From Candidatus Scalinduaceae bacterium (GTDB lineage: Bacteria > Planctomycetota > Brocadiia > Brocadiales > Scalinduaceae), in NCBI GenBank assembly GCA_046759445.1, contig JBHICG010000040.1, positions 1-30,748 of the forward strand: a DNA stretch of 30,748 nt. Reading direction: 5' to 3'. The position numbers were made by a program, and so were the translations under genes. How positions within the stretch are numbered: the stretch's first letter is position 1; each line of letters begins with the position of its first letter. Of the stretch, positions 1 through 8,408 are shown one piece after another. Under the pieces are notes generated by a model. The model was not told the DNA's origin and searched no databases. It was given only the letters and a program-made list of their open reading frames with translations.

Positions 1-75
1 TGTAGTGTGCAGATATTTATAATGCAAAAACAAATAATCTGTCAAGTTTTTTACACATAAGCACAGAAATACTAA

Positions 76-103
76 TTGACAAAAGACTAACCAGGTATAA
101 AAT
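76..103 (+). promoter_or_regulatory. putative sigma70 promoter (TTGACA-N16-TAAAAT)
   Basis: TTGACA at 76-81 and TAAAAT at 98-103, upstream of the GTT at 136 and the + strand genes. Confidence 0.35.
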
Positions 104-156
104 TGCGCTAATCAATACGATAATATAAAAGTAATGTTTGCGACCGAAAGGGCGGT

Positions 157-281
157 CGCAAACAAGCCATTCGAGCGGACACCCCTGCAAGTGGGGCTGC
201 CGCCTTGACGACACTAATATGCGAACGCAAGCGTTCATTCTCCGTATCGTCTGCGGTTGCCGTTAAATTCCACCTTTAGGC
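157..281 (+). other. degenerate attC-like integron recombination site
   Basis: Starts CGCAAAC-AAGCCATTCGAGCGGAC and ends GCCGTTAAATTCCACC-TTTAGGC (one change from GTTAGGC); GC-rich imperfect inverted repeat with attC-like box spacing. Confidence 0.55.
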
Positions 282-385
282 TATTAATTATTTTACCTTA
301 TGATGGGAGGTGATGCCGGAATGGGTTAAATGAAGTTTATTTTATTAAAAAGTATATAGAAATCTAATTATCAAAAAGGAGGGTT

Positions 386-631
386 ATGATAATGAAGTCA
401 ATAAATCGCTTTAGAAAACTTAATTTTATAAGAATTATACCTATTCTATTAATATTTTTACTTGTAACATCGAATGCTTGGGCAGCTAATGGAGCAGAGA
501 CGGGGGCAATTGTAGGAACAATTGTAGGTGCCATCATAGGGGTAATTGTCATGTTTAGAATTCATCCAGTTTTGGGCATCTTAACTCTTATTGGTGCTCT
601 AGCCTACATAGGAAGGATGTTAAGTAATTAG
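386..631 (+). CDS. small membrane protein, 81 aa (signal peptide plus glycine-zipper-like helices)
   Basis: RBS AAGGAGG just upstream; basic N-terminus, hydrophobic core, AWA-A cleavage-like motif; GAIVGTIVGAIIG. Confidence 0.6.
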   Translation: MIMKSINRFRKLNFIRIIPILLIFLLVTSNAWAANGAETGAIVGTIVGAIIGVIVMFRIHPVLGILTLIGALAYIGRMLSN

Positions 632-655
632 AAATTGAGTAAGGGGGACAATATT

Positions 656-1639
656 ATGGAGGAAACGCGTGAGAGGTTGATTGAGAAAGGTCATGTGATT
701 ATGTGTAATAGAAAAATTGCTATGTTGAAAAACGCTAAGTTAGTAATTACAGGTTTATTATTGTTTGTAGTTACTTTTATGTATCAGGCATCTGTGTACT
801 CTCAACCTTTGTTACAAAACAACTGTATTAAGGCGCTGGAATACGGTGCTGTTGGTGAGTTAGATAAGGCACGTTTGCAATTTGAAGAGACATTGGATAG
901 CTCTTCTCATTGCGAGTATGCGAAAGGAGGTATGGAATTACTTAGTGACGTTTTCGACGGAAAAGTATCGCGGAAAGTGGCTATACACATTTTTAAGGCT
1001 TGGGTTCATGACTCAAATGGCGAATTTAAAGAGATGGCCGCTGAAGGTGAGAAAGCAATACGGTTAGATCCAAATTATAGTCCTGGATACAACGTACGTG
1101 GGGCTGCATATGGTTTATTGGGAGAATTTGATAAGGCGATTAGGGATATTGATCGATCATTATTACTTACACCGAACGACCCTGTTTCATATAACGCACG
1201 CGGACTTGCTAAAAAGGCTAAGGGAGATATAAAGGGGGCACTTGCAGATTTTAACCATGCGATAAAACTTGGATATACGGAAGCATATGTTGGGCGTACT
1301 GCAATCTACATGATGACGGGCGAGTTTAAAAAAGGGTTTAAAGAGGCTAATCGTGCCGTAGAACTCAATCCTAACATGGCAGAAAGTTGGTCCGCACGGG
1401 CTTTTTTTCAAGGGGCGCTAGGATATACGAACGGAGCTAAAGAGGATATAAAAAAGGCATTAAGTATCAACCCTGAGAATCCTGAAGTATGGTTTATCAA
1501 GGCTGCTATTCATGATATGGCCGGGGAAAAGGCCGCCACCATTAAAGCAATGCGTAAATTTTTGAAGGTTGCCCTTCCAATGATGTCTGCTCAGATTAAT
1601 TTTGTACGTCAAAAGCTACGCAAATTGGAAGCTGATTGA
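656..1639 (+). CDS. tetratricopeptide repeat protein, probably exported
   Basis: Repeated TPR signatures (AIRLDPNYSPGYNVRG, LLLTPNDPVSYNARG, ALSINPENPEVWF); N-terminal hydrophobic segment. Start uncertain (635, 656, 701 or 722); 656 follows AAGGGGGA. Confidence 0.85.
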   Translation: MEETRERLIEKGHVIMCNRKIAMLKNAKLVITGLLLFVVTFMYQASVYSQPLLQNNCIKALEYGAVGELDKARLQFEETLDSSSHCEYAKGGMELLSDVFDGKVSRKVAIHIFKAWVHDSNGEFKEMAAEGEKAIRLDPNYSPGYNVRGAAYGLLGEFDKAIRDIDRSLLLTPNDPVSYNARGLAKKAKGDIKGALADFNHAIKLGYTEAYVGRTAIYMMTGEFKKGFKEANRAVELNPNMAESWSARAFFQGALGYTNGAKEDIKKALSINPENPEVWFIKAAIHDMAGEKAATIKAMRKFLKVALPMMSAQINFVRQKLRKLEAD

Positions 1640-1696
1640 TATGCCTTGAAGGGATTAAGGGTTATTGACATAAGACAAATAAGAAATGCCTAGGTT

Positions 1697-1917
1697 TTAA
1701 ATCGGGGGACACTGTACCTATTTAATTGACTTATAAGGATACAAAAGCTAAAAATTTTAGCACAACCCAAAGGGGAAAACATAGACAAAGACGTTTTTTT
1801 AGTAATGTTATTTTTTTAACCCGTCTTGAGAAATCTATAGGGATGTTTCTCAAATCTAAAAAATCAGGACGAAAACCCAGGAAAAGCAAAAAATAGGTAT
1901 GATATCCCCCGATTTAA
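1697..1917 (+). mobile_element. internally deleted RAYT/Y1-transposase element (MITE-like remnant)
   Basis: 27-bp terminal inverted repeats (1697-1723 and 1891-1917, 23/27 match, TTAA ends); interior translates to TQRGKHRQ/DVFFS and FLTRLEKSIGMFLKSKKSGRKPRK*, resembling RAYT N- and C-termini. Confidence 0.65.
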
Positions 1918-2021
1918 TCCAGAGTCTTTTCCCGCCCGAAATGTAAAAGGTGGCGTGAGCTGAAAATAGTCAATCTGGCCATAATAATTGGCCTTAACCA
2001 ACTTTAGAAAAGGAGAACGCC

Positions 2022-2450
2022 ATGACTACCAAAGGTTATATAAGATATAGAAGTGACTATAAGTATCAGCTGGCTGAGGGTTATGCGATCAGTATTTCAA
2101 TTAAGCCGAAATCTGATATCAAAACAGAATTTGTTGATTTAGATACTGACGGGAATTTAACGGTTAAAAAGGGCTATGCCTGGGATGGTCCTTCCGGGCC
2201 GGTAAAGGACACAAAGGAGAATATGCGTGCGTCCTTGGTCCACGATGCACTCTATCAGCTAATGAGAAATAAAGAGCTCAATTCTAGAACGCATAGAAAG
2301 GCAGCGGACCAGGAGTTTAAAGATATATGTAAGGCTGATGGAGTGTCTAATTTTAGGGCATCAGTTTATTACAAGGTTTTACGAAAGTTCGGAAAGCCTG
2401 CTGCCAGTCCGGAGAATAAGAAAACGGTAATTCGTGCTCCGAGGAAGTAA
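2022..2450 (+). CDS. DUF1353 domain protein
   Basis: RBS AAGGAG; motifs GYAWDGPS, ASLVHDALYQ, RKAADQEF typical of DUF1353. Confidence 0.8.
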   Translation: MTTKGYIRYRSDYKYQLAEGYAISISIKPKSDIKTEFVDLDTDGNLTVKKGYAWDGPSGPVKDTKENMRASLVHDALYQLMRNKELNSRTHRKAADQEFKDICKADGVSNFRASVYYKVLRKFGKPAASPENKKTVIRAPRK

Positions 2451-2462
2451 TAAAATCGCTAC

Positions 2463-2590
2463 ACATAACCATCGGATTAAGATTGAGCAAAACAGCAGTC
2501 TTTCTTAGTGTATCGCCTTTGAGATTTCATTCTTTTTTCAAATGCAATCTGTTTCGGTTTGATGCTGTTTTGCCAACCAGTCCCCACCAG
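2463..2590 (+). other. attC-like site with degenerate right end
   Basis: ACATAAC 12 bp after the stop, then CATCGGATTAAGATTGA; perfect 11-bp stem GCAAAACAGCA (2487-2497) / TGCTGTTTTGC (2563-2573); no intact GTT box at the expected position. Confidence 0.45.
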
Positions 2591-2704
2591 AATGCTTGCT
2601 ATTATAATCCACCAACGCACAATTGTTTAATTTGTCATATATACGTTATGTAAGTCTTGGAAACCTGAAGGTTTCCGCTATAACTATAACAATTCGTGTC
2701 TAAA

Positions 2705-3649
2705 CTATTCTCTCTTAATTCCCATATTATCAGGACATAGACCTAGATGCCATATTAAAAGTTTATGGTATTTTAATAATCTGTTCCTGAGACGTTTGGA
2801 TTGAAAAAACGTTATCAAGTTTCCAAAGATATTCAGGACAAGGTTAAGAAAAATTTTAAACGGCTTTATTACGCGCAGAATAAGATATGAAACAAAACTC
2901 CTGTTTTTTCTGAAAAACACATACAGGGATCTATAATATTCAATTTGTGATTCCCAGGGCGCCATTTTTTTGCTATGACCTGAAGCATGTATTACTCTGG
3001 CATCCGGTACATGATATACCTTCCGTCCTTTTGTGTGCATTCTAAGACACCAATCAGTTTCTTCAAGAAAGAAAAAGTAATCTTCATCAAGGGCTCCTAC
3101 CTCATCCATTGCCTCTTTTCTGACCATTATACATGCCCCTATTACGGAATCCACTTCGATTGGATTATGGTAACTTTTTCTTTTACTTGGATATTTTTTG
3201 GGAAAAAAAAGACGTAGGAGACTTTTATTACATATTTCTGTTCCCAGAGAGGGGAAATTATCGATTGAGTTTTGTCTTGAACCATCATCGTTAATGAGTT
3301 GAGCGCCTGCTATTCCTGCCTCAGGAGAATCTCTCATGAAAGATAAGAGAGTTTTTATTGCTCCCTCTTGTAGGATTGTATCAGAATTGAGGAGTACGGC
3401 AAATTTCCCCTGTATCATCTGGAGAGCCTGGTTATTTGCATGGGCAAAACCAGTGTTTGTTTTGTTTTCGATCAGATTTACTTCGGGGAAGTGTTTTCTT
3501 GTTGCTTCCTGGCTTCCATCTGTTGAATTATTATCAACTACAAAAATTTCAAAATCAATATCATTAACTGTTTTGTAAATGGAACTCAGACAATTGTTAA
3601 GCATGTCACGGGTGTTCCAGTTTACGATTATGAAAGAGATATCTACCAA
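2705..3649 (-). CDS. glycosyltransferase family 2
   Basis: ISFIIVNWN, VVDNNSTDGS, GFAHANN, LLNSD, YFFFLEETDWCLR motifs. Confidence 0.93.
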   Translation of the reverse strand: MVDISFIIVNWNTRDMLNNCLSSIYKTVNDIDFEIFVVDNNSTDGSQEATRKHFPEVNLIENKTNTGFAHANNQALQMIQGKFAVLLNSDTILQEGAIKTLLSFMRDSPEAGIAGAQLINDDGSRQNSIDNFPSLGTEICNKSLLRLFFPKKYPSKRKSYHNPIEVDSVIGACIMVRKEAMDEVGALDEDYFFFLEETDWCLRMHTKGRKVYHVPDARVIHASGHSKKMAPWESQIEYYRSLYVFFRKNRSFVSYLILRVIKPFKIFLNLVLNIFGNLITFFQSKRLRNRLLKYHKLLIWHLGLCPDNMGIKRE

Positions 3650-5421
3650 TCTTCCGTTACATCTCCTTTAGACGAAACATAGAGCAGTTTTTCAGTCTTA
3701 CTGATGTTTATTATTTCCCTGAGAATGGTTTTCTTTTCGTCTATTATGTTACATTGTTTCAGGCCTGCCTGTGCGTTGTCTGACTGCGAGCTTCGCTCAG
3801 GCAGACATGCAGACAGATATTCCGTTAGAAATCTAAATCTATCGGTATACGTAATACACCCCGGTGTGGATAGATTGAGTTGTATTAGGTTGTTAATTCT
3901 TTTATGGATACTTATTTTATCATTGAAGATGACCTTGTCAAAATCCAGGAATATGAAATCGTATGACTTGTCCTCTATTTCTTTTACCATAATATTACAT
4001 GTCTTCAGGTCACTATGAAATACGTTCTCGTTATGCATGTTTGCGATAGTCTTTGCAAAGTCAGCTATAAACGTTCTTGTCTTCTTCAACTCTCCCGGTG
4101 ATGACTGATTATGGAAGTTTTTTAATATGTATCTATCCATTTCCAGACTGTTCGTGACATCCTCCATGATTAGATAGCTGTCCGTAGTGATTCCCAGTAT
4201 TTTCTTTTCAATTAATGCCAGCGGCTTCGCAGTATTGTACCCATAAACTAATAGACCATTGCCCGCAATCCACGCCTTTCTTCCCGTTGAACTACGGAAG
4301 ATGTTTTTTATAAGACAAAGACCACATGTTGTTTTATATTGCTTTACGACAACGCTTCGTATTTCCTTATCTTTAAAAGGAAATCTGGTTAGGGTTGTTT
4401 TAGAATCGCGTTTAAGGATTGCGTTCTTATCATTGTTTACAATTGCAATATGATGTTTCTCAATTAGTTTCAAGAAACTATCTGTATCATAACCTTTCCT
4501 GAAAAATATCCTGAGTCTGCCCAGTTTTTTATTAGAAAAGTTACTGCTTTCCTTCAGGCATCTCTTGAGTCTGCTTCTATAGTGAATGTTTCTTATTCTT
4601 GAGGATATTGATTCTATTTGATTGGTGAGGTCTTGTTCATTATTGTTGTTACTAAGGGCATCAATTCCGTAAGATTTAACAAATTCCAACCTGTCAGATT
4701 TTGTTAACGTGGAGGATAAAGAGTTAAATATCTGTGCAAGATTATATAATTTTTTACGTTTGGATAATTTATTAAATATCCTTACATGGTGGAGGTCCAT
4801 TAAATAAAATGTATAACTCTGCTCCTGTATGGGATGATTATTATGAAACTTTATCAATAAATTGCCTGCATGAAGGTCGTTGTGAAAGAATCCTTTTACG
4901 TGAATATTTCTTATAAATTTTGCCAGGTTATTGAGGAGCTTCTTCTTTTCGATTATTTTTTTCCCTGACAACATATCCTTAAAGTTAGCCTCACAAAATT
5001 CAATGAGAGGCTTACCATTTGAGATAGCCTCCGTAACAAGCAAGTCACTTTTTAACAAACTCCATGATTTATTCTCTGCTATTGCGAGTGGTAATGTAGT
5101 ATTGATATCTTCACTTAGCAATTTATTTGCAACCTTCCACTCAGTTTTGGTTTTGGTTGGTAAAAGTAAATACTTGACGTAATCGCTATAATTTTTTCCT
5201 TTGAAAAGTTTGACGTATATTCCCGTATCATTTACGCCTCCACCTGGAATTGAAATAACCGACCTTACTTTGGTTTCCTTTATTATTTTGTGTGGTTTTT
5301 CCCTTAATACGGAATCAAAATTATCAAAGTCAATTTTGTCTAAAAGACTTTCGTACCCCTCTCTTATAGTCCAATTTGTTCCGTTCTGTACTGTTTTTAT
5401 TGATGCTGTATTATAAGGCAT
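3643..5421 (-). CDS. lipopolysaccharide kinase (Kdo/WaaP/InaA family), two kinase domains
   Basis: Two sets of motifs: YVK..HNDLHAGNLL..MDL and VVK..HSDLKTCNIM..LDFD; ATG at 5421 overlaps the end of rfaE2. Confidence 0.88.
   Translation of the reverse strand: MPYNTASIKTVQNGTNWTIREGYESLLDKIDFDNFDSVLREKPHKIIKETKVRSVISIPGGGVNDTGIYVKLFKGKNYSDYVKYLLLPTKTKTEWKVANKLLSEDINTTLPLAIAENKSWSLLKSDLLVTEAISNGKPLIEFCEANFKDMLSGKKIIEKKKLLNNLAKFIRNIHVKGFFHNDLHAGNLLIKFHNNHPIQEQSYTFYLMDLHHVRIFNKLSKRKKLYNLAQIFNSLSSTLTKSDRLEFVKSYGIDALSNNNNEQDLTNQIESISSRIRNIHYRSRLKRCLKESSNFSNKKLGRLRIFFRKGYDTDSFLKLIEKHHIAIVNNDKNAILKRDSKTTLTRFPFKDKEIRSVVVKQYKTTCGLCLIKNIFRSSTGRKAWIAGNGLLVYGYNTAKPLALIEKKILGITTDSYLIMEDVTNSLEMDRYILKNFHNQSSPGELKKTRTFIADFAKTIANMHNENVFHSDLKTCNIMVKEIEDKSYDFIFLDFDKVIFNDKISIHKRINNLIQLNLSTPGCITYTDRFRFLTEYLSACLPERSSQSDNAQAGLKQCNIIDEKKTILREIINISKTEKLLYVSSKGDVTEDW
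3763..3816. repeat. 54-bp nested palindromic element inserted in frame in the kinase
   Basis: GC-rich island; minus strand CTGTCTGCAT-GTCTGCCTGAGCGAAGCTCGCAGTCAGAC-AACGCACAGGCAGGC; encodes LSACLPERSSQSDNAQAG. Confidence 0.7.
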
Positions 5422-5875
5422 TTTTAATTTTTGTACTTGAATGGCTCTTTTTATCACCTGTGATTGCAATCTCACCGCCGTATGAAAGTACGGTTTTACG
5501 TTCAGGAACTGTTTCTATTGTGTAATCAGTACCCTTGGCATGAACGTGGGGTTTGAGTTTTAATAGCAAATTGTCCACAGTTTCTTCGGAAAAAAGTGTA
5601 ATGTAATCAACACACCGTAAAGCCGCTAAAATTTCCATCCTTTCATCCTCTTGCATTAGGGGATGACCTTCACCCTTAATCATCTTCATTGACCTGTCAT
5701 CATTAACGGCTACGATTAGGATGTCTCCAAGTTTTTTAGCGTCATTTAAGCATCTGACATGTCCCACGTGGAGAATGTCAAAACATCCATTGGTAAAGAT
5801 TATTTTTTTACCCTCTTTCTTGAGTTTTTCAACTGTAGAAAGTAGCTGATTGTGGTCTTTAGTAATATCTGCCAT
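5411..5875 (-). CDS. rfaE2: D-glycero-beta-D-manno-heptose 1-phosphate adenylyltransferase (HldE domain II)
   Basis: FTNGCFDILHVGH (HIGH-like), AVNDDRS, ERMEILAALRCVDY, AKGTDY, SST; LPS core context. Confidence 0.92.
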   Translation of the reverse strand: MADITKDHNQLLSTVEKLKKEGKKIIFTNGCFDILHVGHVRCLNDAKKLGDILIVAVNDDRSMKMIKGEGHPLMQEDERMEILAALRCVDYITLFSEETVDNLLLKLKPHVHAKGTDYTIETVPERKTVLSYGGEIAITGDKKSHSSTKIKNAL

Positions 5876-5974
5876 CAGTCACTTAACACTTATTTCTTTA
5901 CCATTTTAGGCAAAATATTTTACCGTTCCAGTTGTTCCGAATTAAATATAAGCACTAAAAAACAAATAAATTAG

Positions 5975-6099
5975 AAATCCGAAGCACGAAATTCGAAACA
6001 AATTCAAATGAACAAAATTCAAAACATTAGATTGTTTAGATCATTTGAACATTCTAATTTCAGATTTGTTTCGTATTTCGATATTCGATATTCGGATTT
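5975..6099. repeat. long imperfect inverted repeat built of roughly 7-bp periodic units
   Basis: AAATCCGAAGCACGAAATTCGAAACAAAT ... ATTTGTTTCGTATTTCGATATTCGATATTCGGATTT. Confidence 0.75.
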
Positions 6100-6136
6100 A
6101 TGTAATTTGAAATTTGTAATTCAAAATTATAAAACC

Positions 6137-6165
6137 TTTTTGGTTCTGACTTGTCAATGTTAGGT
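6137..6165. repeat. dispersed 29-bp repeat, copy 1
   Basis: TTTTTGGTTCTGACTTGTCAATGTTAGGT; 25/29 identical to 29140-29168. Confidence 0.7.
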
Positions 6166-6170
6166 TAATA

Positions 6171-7169
6171 TTATGGATTATTATCTATAGCCTGAATTAA
6201 TTCTAACTTATTTATGGTAGCAGGGCCATTTTTCATTACTGTAACTGAAGCTCCAAAATTGGATAATTTTGCCGCCTGTATGAATGAGGCGCCTGAGGCC
6301 ATACTTAGTGAGAGAAGGCTTGCAACAGTATCTCCAGCGCCTGTTACATCAATAACCTCTCTCTTGCCGTAAACGGGAATCTGTTCAATTCTTCCATCGT
6401 CTTCAAAGAGTGTCATTCCCTGATTGCCCTGTGTGATTAGGACGGCTTTTGTATTCACTTCATTCAAAAGCTGTCTACCTACCTCTAACAAATGATTCTT
6501 ATTATTGATTGTTTTGTTTGTTGCCTCTTCTGCTTCAGATTCGTTTGGAGTGATGATTGTAACGCCCTTAAATTCTTTAACTCTATGTCTCGAATCAGCA
6601 ACTACTAACTTGTCCTTTGCTAATATTTTTATGCGTTTAATAATTGAAGCAGTGATTATGTCATACCCGTAATCGGATGTAATCAATAAATCAATCTTAT
6701 CTTCAATTGTATCGATATAGTCGATGATTTTCTGCTCTACGTTGCCGTCCATAGTAACGTTAGGTTCTTTATCAAAACGTACTACTTGTCTCTTAGTGGT
6801 ATGTGAGTCACCTACCAGAAATCTAGTTTTGGTTATTGTAGTTCTGTCGTTACAGGTAAGCAGTCCTTTTGTGTCTACATCATGATTAGAAAAATAATCT
6901 AAAAGACTTTTGCCATTATTATCTTTTCCAATAAGGCCTATGGGATATACGGTAGCCCCTAATGAAACTATATTATTAATAATATTTCCGGCGCCACCGG
7001 GGAGGATTTCCTCGTTTTCATACTTTGCAACTATTACGGGCGCCTCCCTTGAAAGCTTAAACTGTCTTCCATATACATATACGTCTGCGACAATATCGCC
7101 TATAACGGCTACTTTTGCTTTATTAAATTTTTCAATCAGTGATTTATACAAACTCTTTTCATTATCCAT
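6171..7169 (-). CDS. rfaE1: D-glycero-beta-D-manno-heptose-7-phosphate kinase (HldE domain I, PfkB family)
   Basis: VIGDIVADVY, LSREAPV, PGGAG, TKTR, SDYGY, TPNESEA, DVTGAGDTV; ATG 7169 preferred over 7202. Confidence 0.92.
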   Translation of the reverse strand: MDNEKSLYKSLIEKFNKAKVAVIGDIVADVYVYGRQFKLSREAPVIVAKYENEEILPGGAGNIINNIVSLGATVYPIGLIGKDNNGKSLLDYFSNHDVDTKGLLTCNDRTTITKTRFLVGDSHTTKRQVVRFDKEPNVTMDGNVEQKIIDYIDTIEDKIDLLITSDYGYDIITASIIKRIKILAKDKLVVADSRHRVKEFKGVTIITPNESEAEEATNKTINNKNHLLEVGRQLLNEVNTKAVLITQGNQGMTLFEDDGRIEQIPVYGKREVIDVTGAGDTVASLLSLSMASGASFIQAAKLSNFGASVTVMKNGPATINKLELIQAIDNNP

Positions 7170-7265
7170 TTTATATAACCATACTCTTTTATTCACGGAC
7201 AAACGAGTTTGCCCATGCCACCTTATACATAACTCTTCATTATTTTAAACATATGATCTAATTAT

Positions 7266-8408
7266 CTAGTGAGGTAATCCAATAGAAAAACGTTCATCTT
7301 TTTTAATCTCTAATAAATCCATACAGGCTTCAACAACTCTTTCAGGTGATATCATAGTCATACAGCGATGATCTGTAGGACATGTTTTGAGATGGCACGG
7401 TGAGCAATCAACGTCTTCTCTGATAACCTTACCAATCTCGTATTCCGATTCTGTGTATCTAGGGTCTGTAGGCCCCATTAATACTACCACAGGTTGTTTA
7501 AGTGCCACTGCAAAATGTCTTGGTCCAGAGTCTACGGTTAATAACAACATGCACCTTTTTACGAGAACCTTAAGGATATCAAGGGAGATAGACTCTTTTG
7601 AAAGATTGATTAAGCTTTTCTTCGTAAATTTCTCAATCTCATCAACAAGCTTGGTTTCACCCGGTCCACAAGTTAAAACTATATTACAATCAATAATATC
7701 CGTTAACATATCTGCTGTTCTGGCAAACCCTTCGGCAGTCCAGCATTTTGAAGAACCATAGGATGCTCCGGGGTTTATCAAAATAAAGGGTTTTTTATCG
7801 ATATTGTATTTTTTAAATAATTTATTCGTGACATCTTCACTTTCACCGGTAATAAACAGCCCTAACTCCTTTGAATTTACTTTACATCCAATCTGAGTGC
7901 ATAATCTTAGATAATAATCTGCCATATAGGTAGGGCGAAATTTTCCATTCTCACTCAGTCTATCTATACTATCCGTTAACAAGAGAGAACGAGTATCACG
8001 ACGGTATCCTACTCTTTTCCTAACCCCACTTAACCATACTGTGAATGCAGAACTGAATGAATTTGGGAACAAAAGCCCCAGATCAAATCTTTCCTGTCTG
8101 AGTTTACGAATCAAGGATAAATAACTCTTGATACTGCCATTGAATACTTTTTGTGGAAGAGGAAGAAATCTATAAGTATCTTTCTTCCTTAAGGGTTCAA
8201 GCTTAATTACCTCGTCAAACCATGGAGAACCACTTATTATTCTGCTCAAATTCTTTTTAATCAGTAAAGTTATGTGCGAATCCCTGAAGTTTTCCCTAAT
8301 ACATCTGAACGAAGGAGTTGCCATAACAACGTCACCTACCCAGTTGGGTGCTCTAACAAGGATTTTCTTTGCCTTAATTACGCCATTAACATTAATTATT
8401 TGTCCCAT
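7266..8408 (-). CDS. waaF: ADP-heptose:LPS heptosyltransferase II (GT9)
   Basis: ILVRAPNWVGDVVMATP, PNSFSSA, NPGASYGSSKCW, DSGPRHFAVAL, CSPC..CP..H.CM. Confidence 0.9.
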   Translation of the reverse strand: MGQIINVNGVIKAKKILVRAPNWVGDVVMATPSFRCIRENFRDSHITLLIKKNLSRIISGSPWFDEVIKLEPLRKKDTYRFLPLPQKVFNGSIKSYLSLIRKLRQERFDLGLLFPNSFSSAFTVWLSGVRKRVGYRRDTRSLLLTDSIDRLSENGKFRPTYMADYYLRLCTQIGCKVNSKELGLFITGESEDVTNKLFKKYNIDKKPFILINPGASYGSSKCWTAEGFARTADMLTDIIDCNIVLTCGPGETKLVDEIEKFTKKSLINLSKESISLDILKVLVKRCMLLLTVDSGPRHFAVALKQPVVVLMGPTDPRYTESEYEIGKVIREDVDCSPCHLKTCPTDHRCMTMISPERVVEACMDLLEIKKDERFSIGLPH

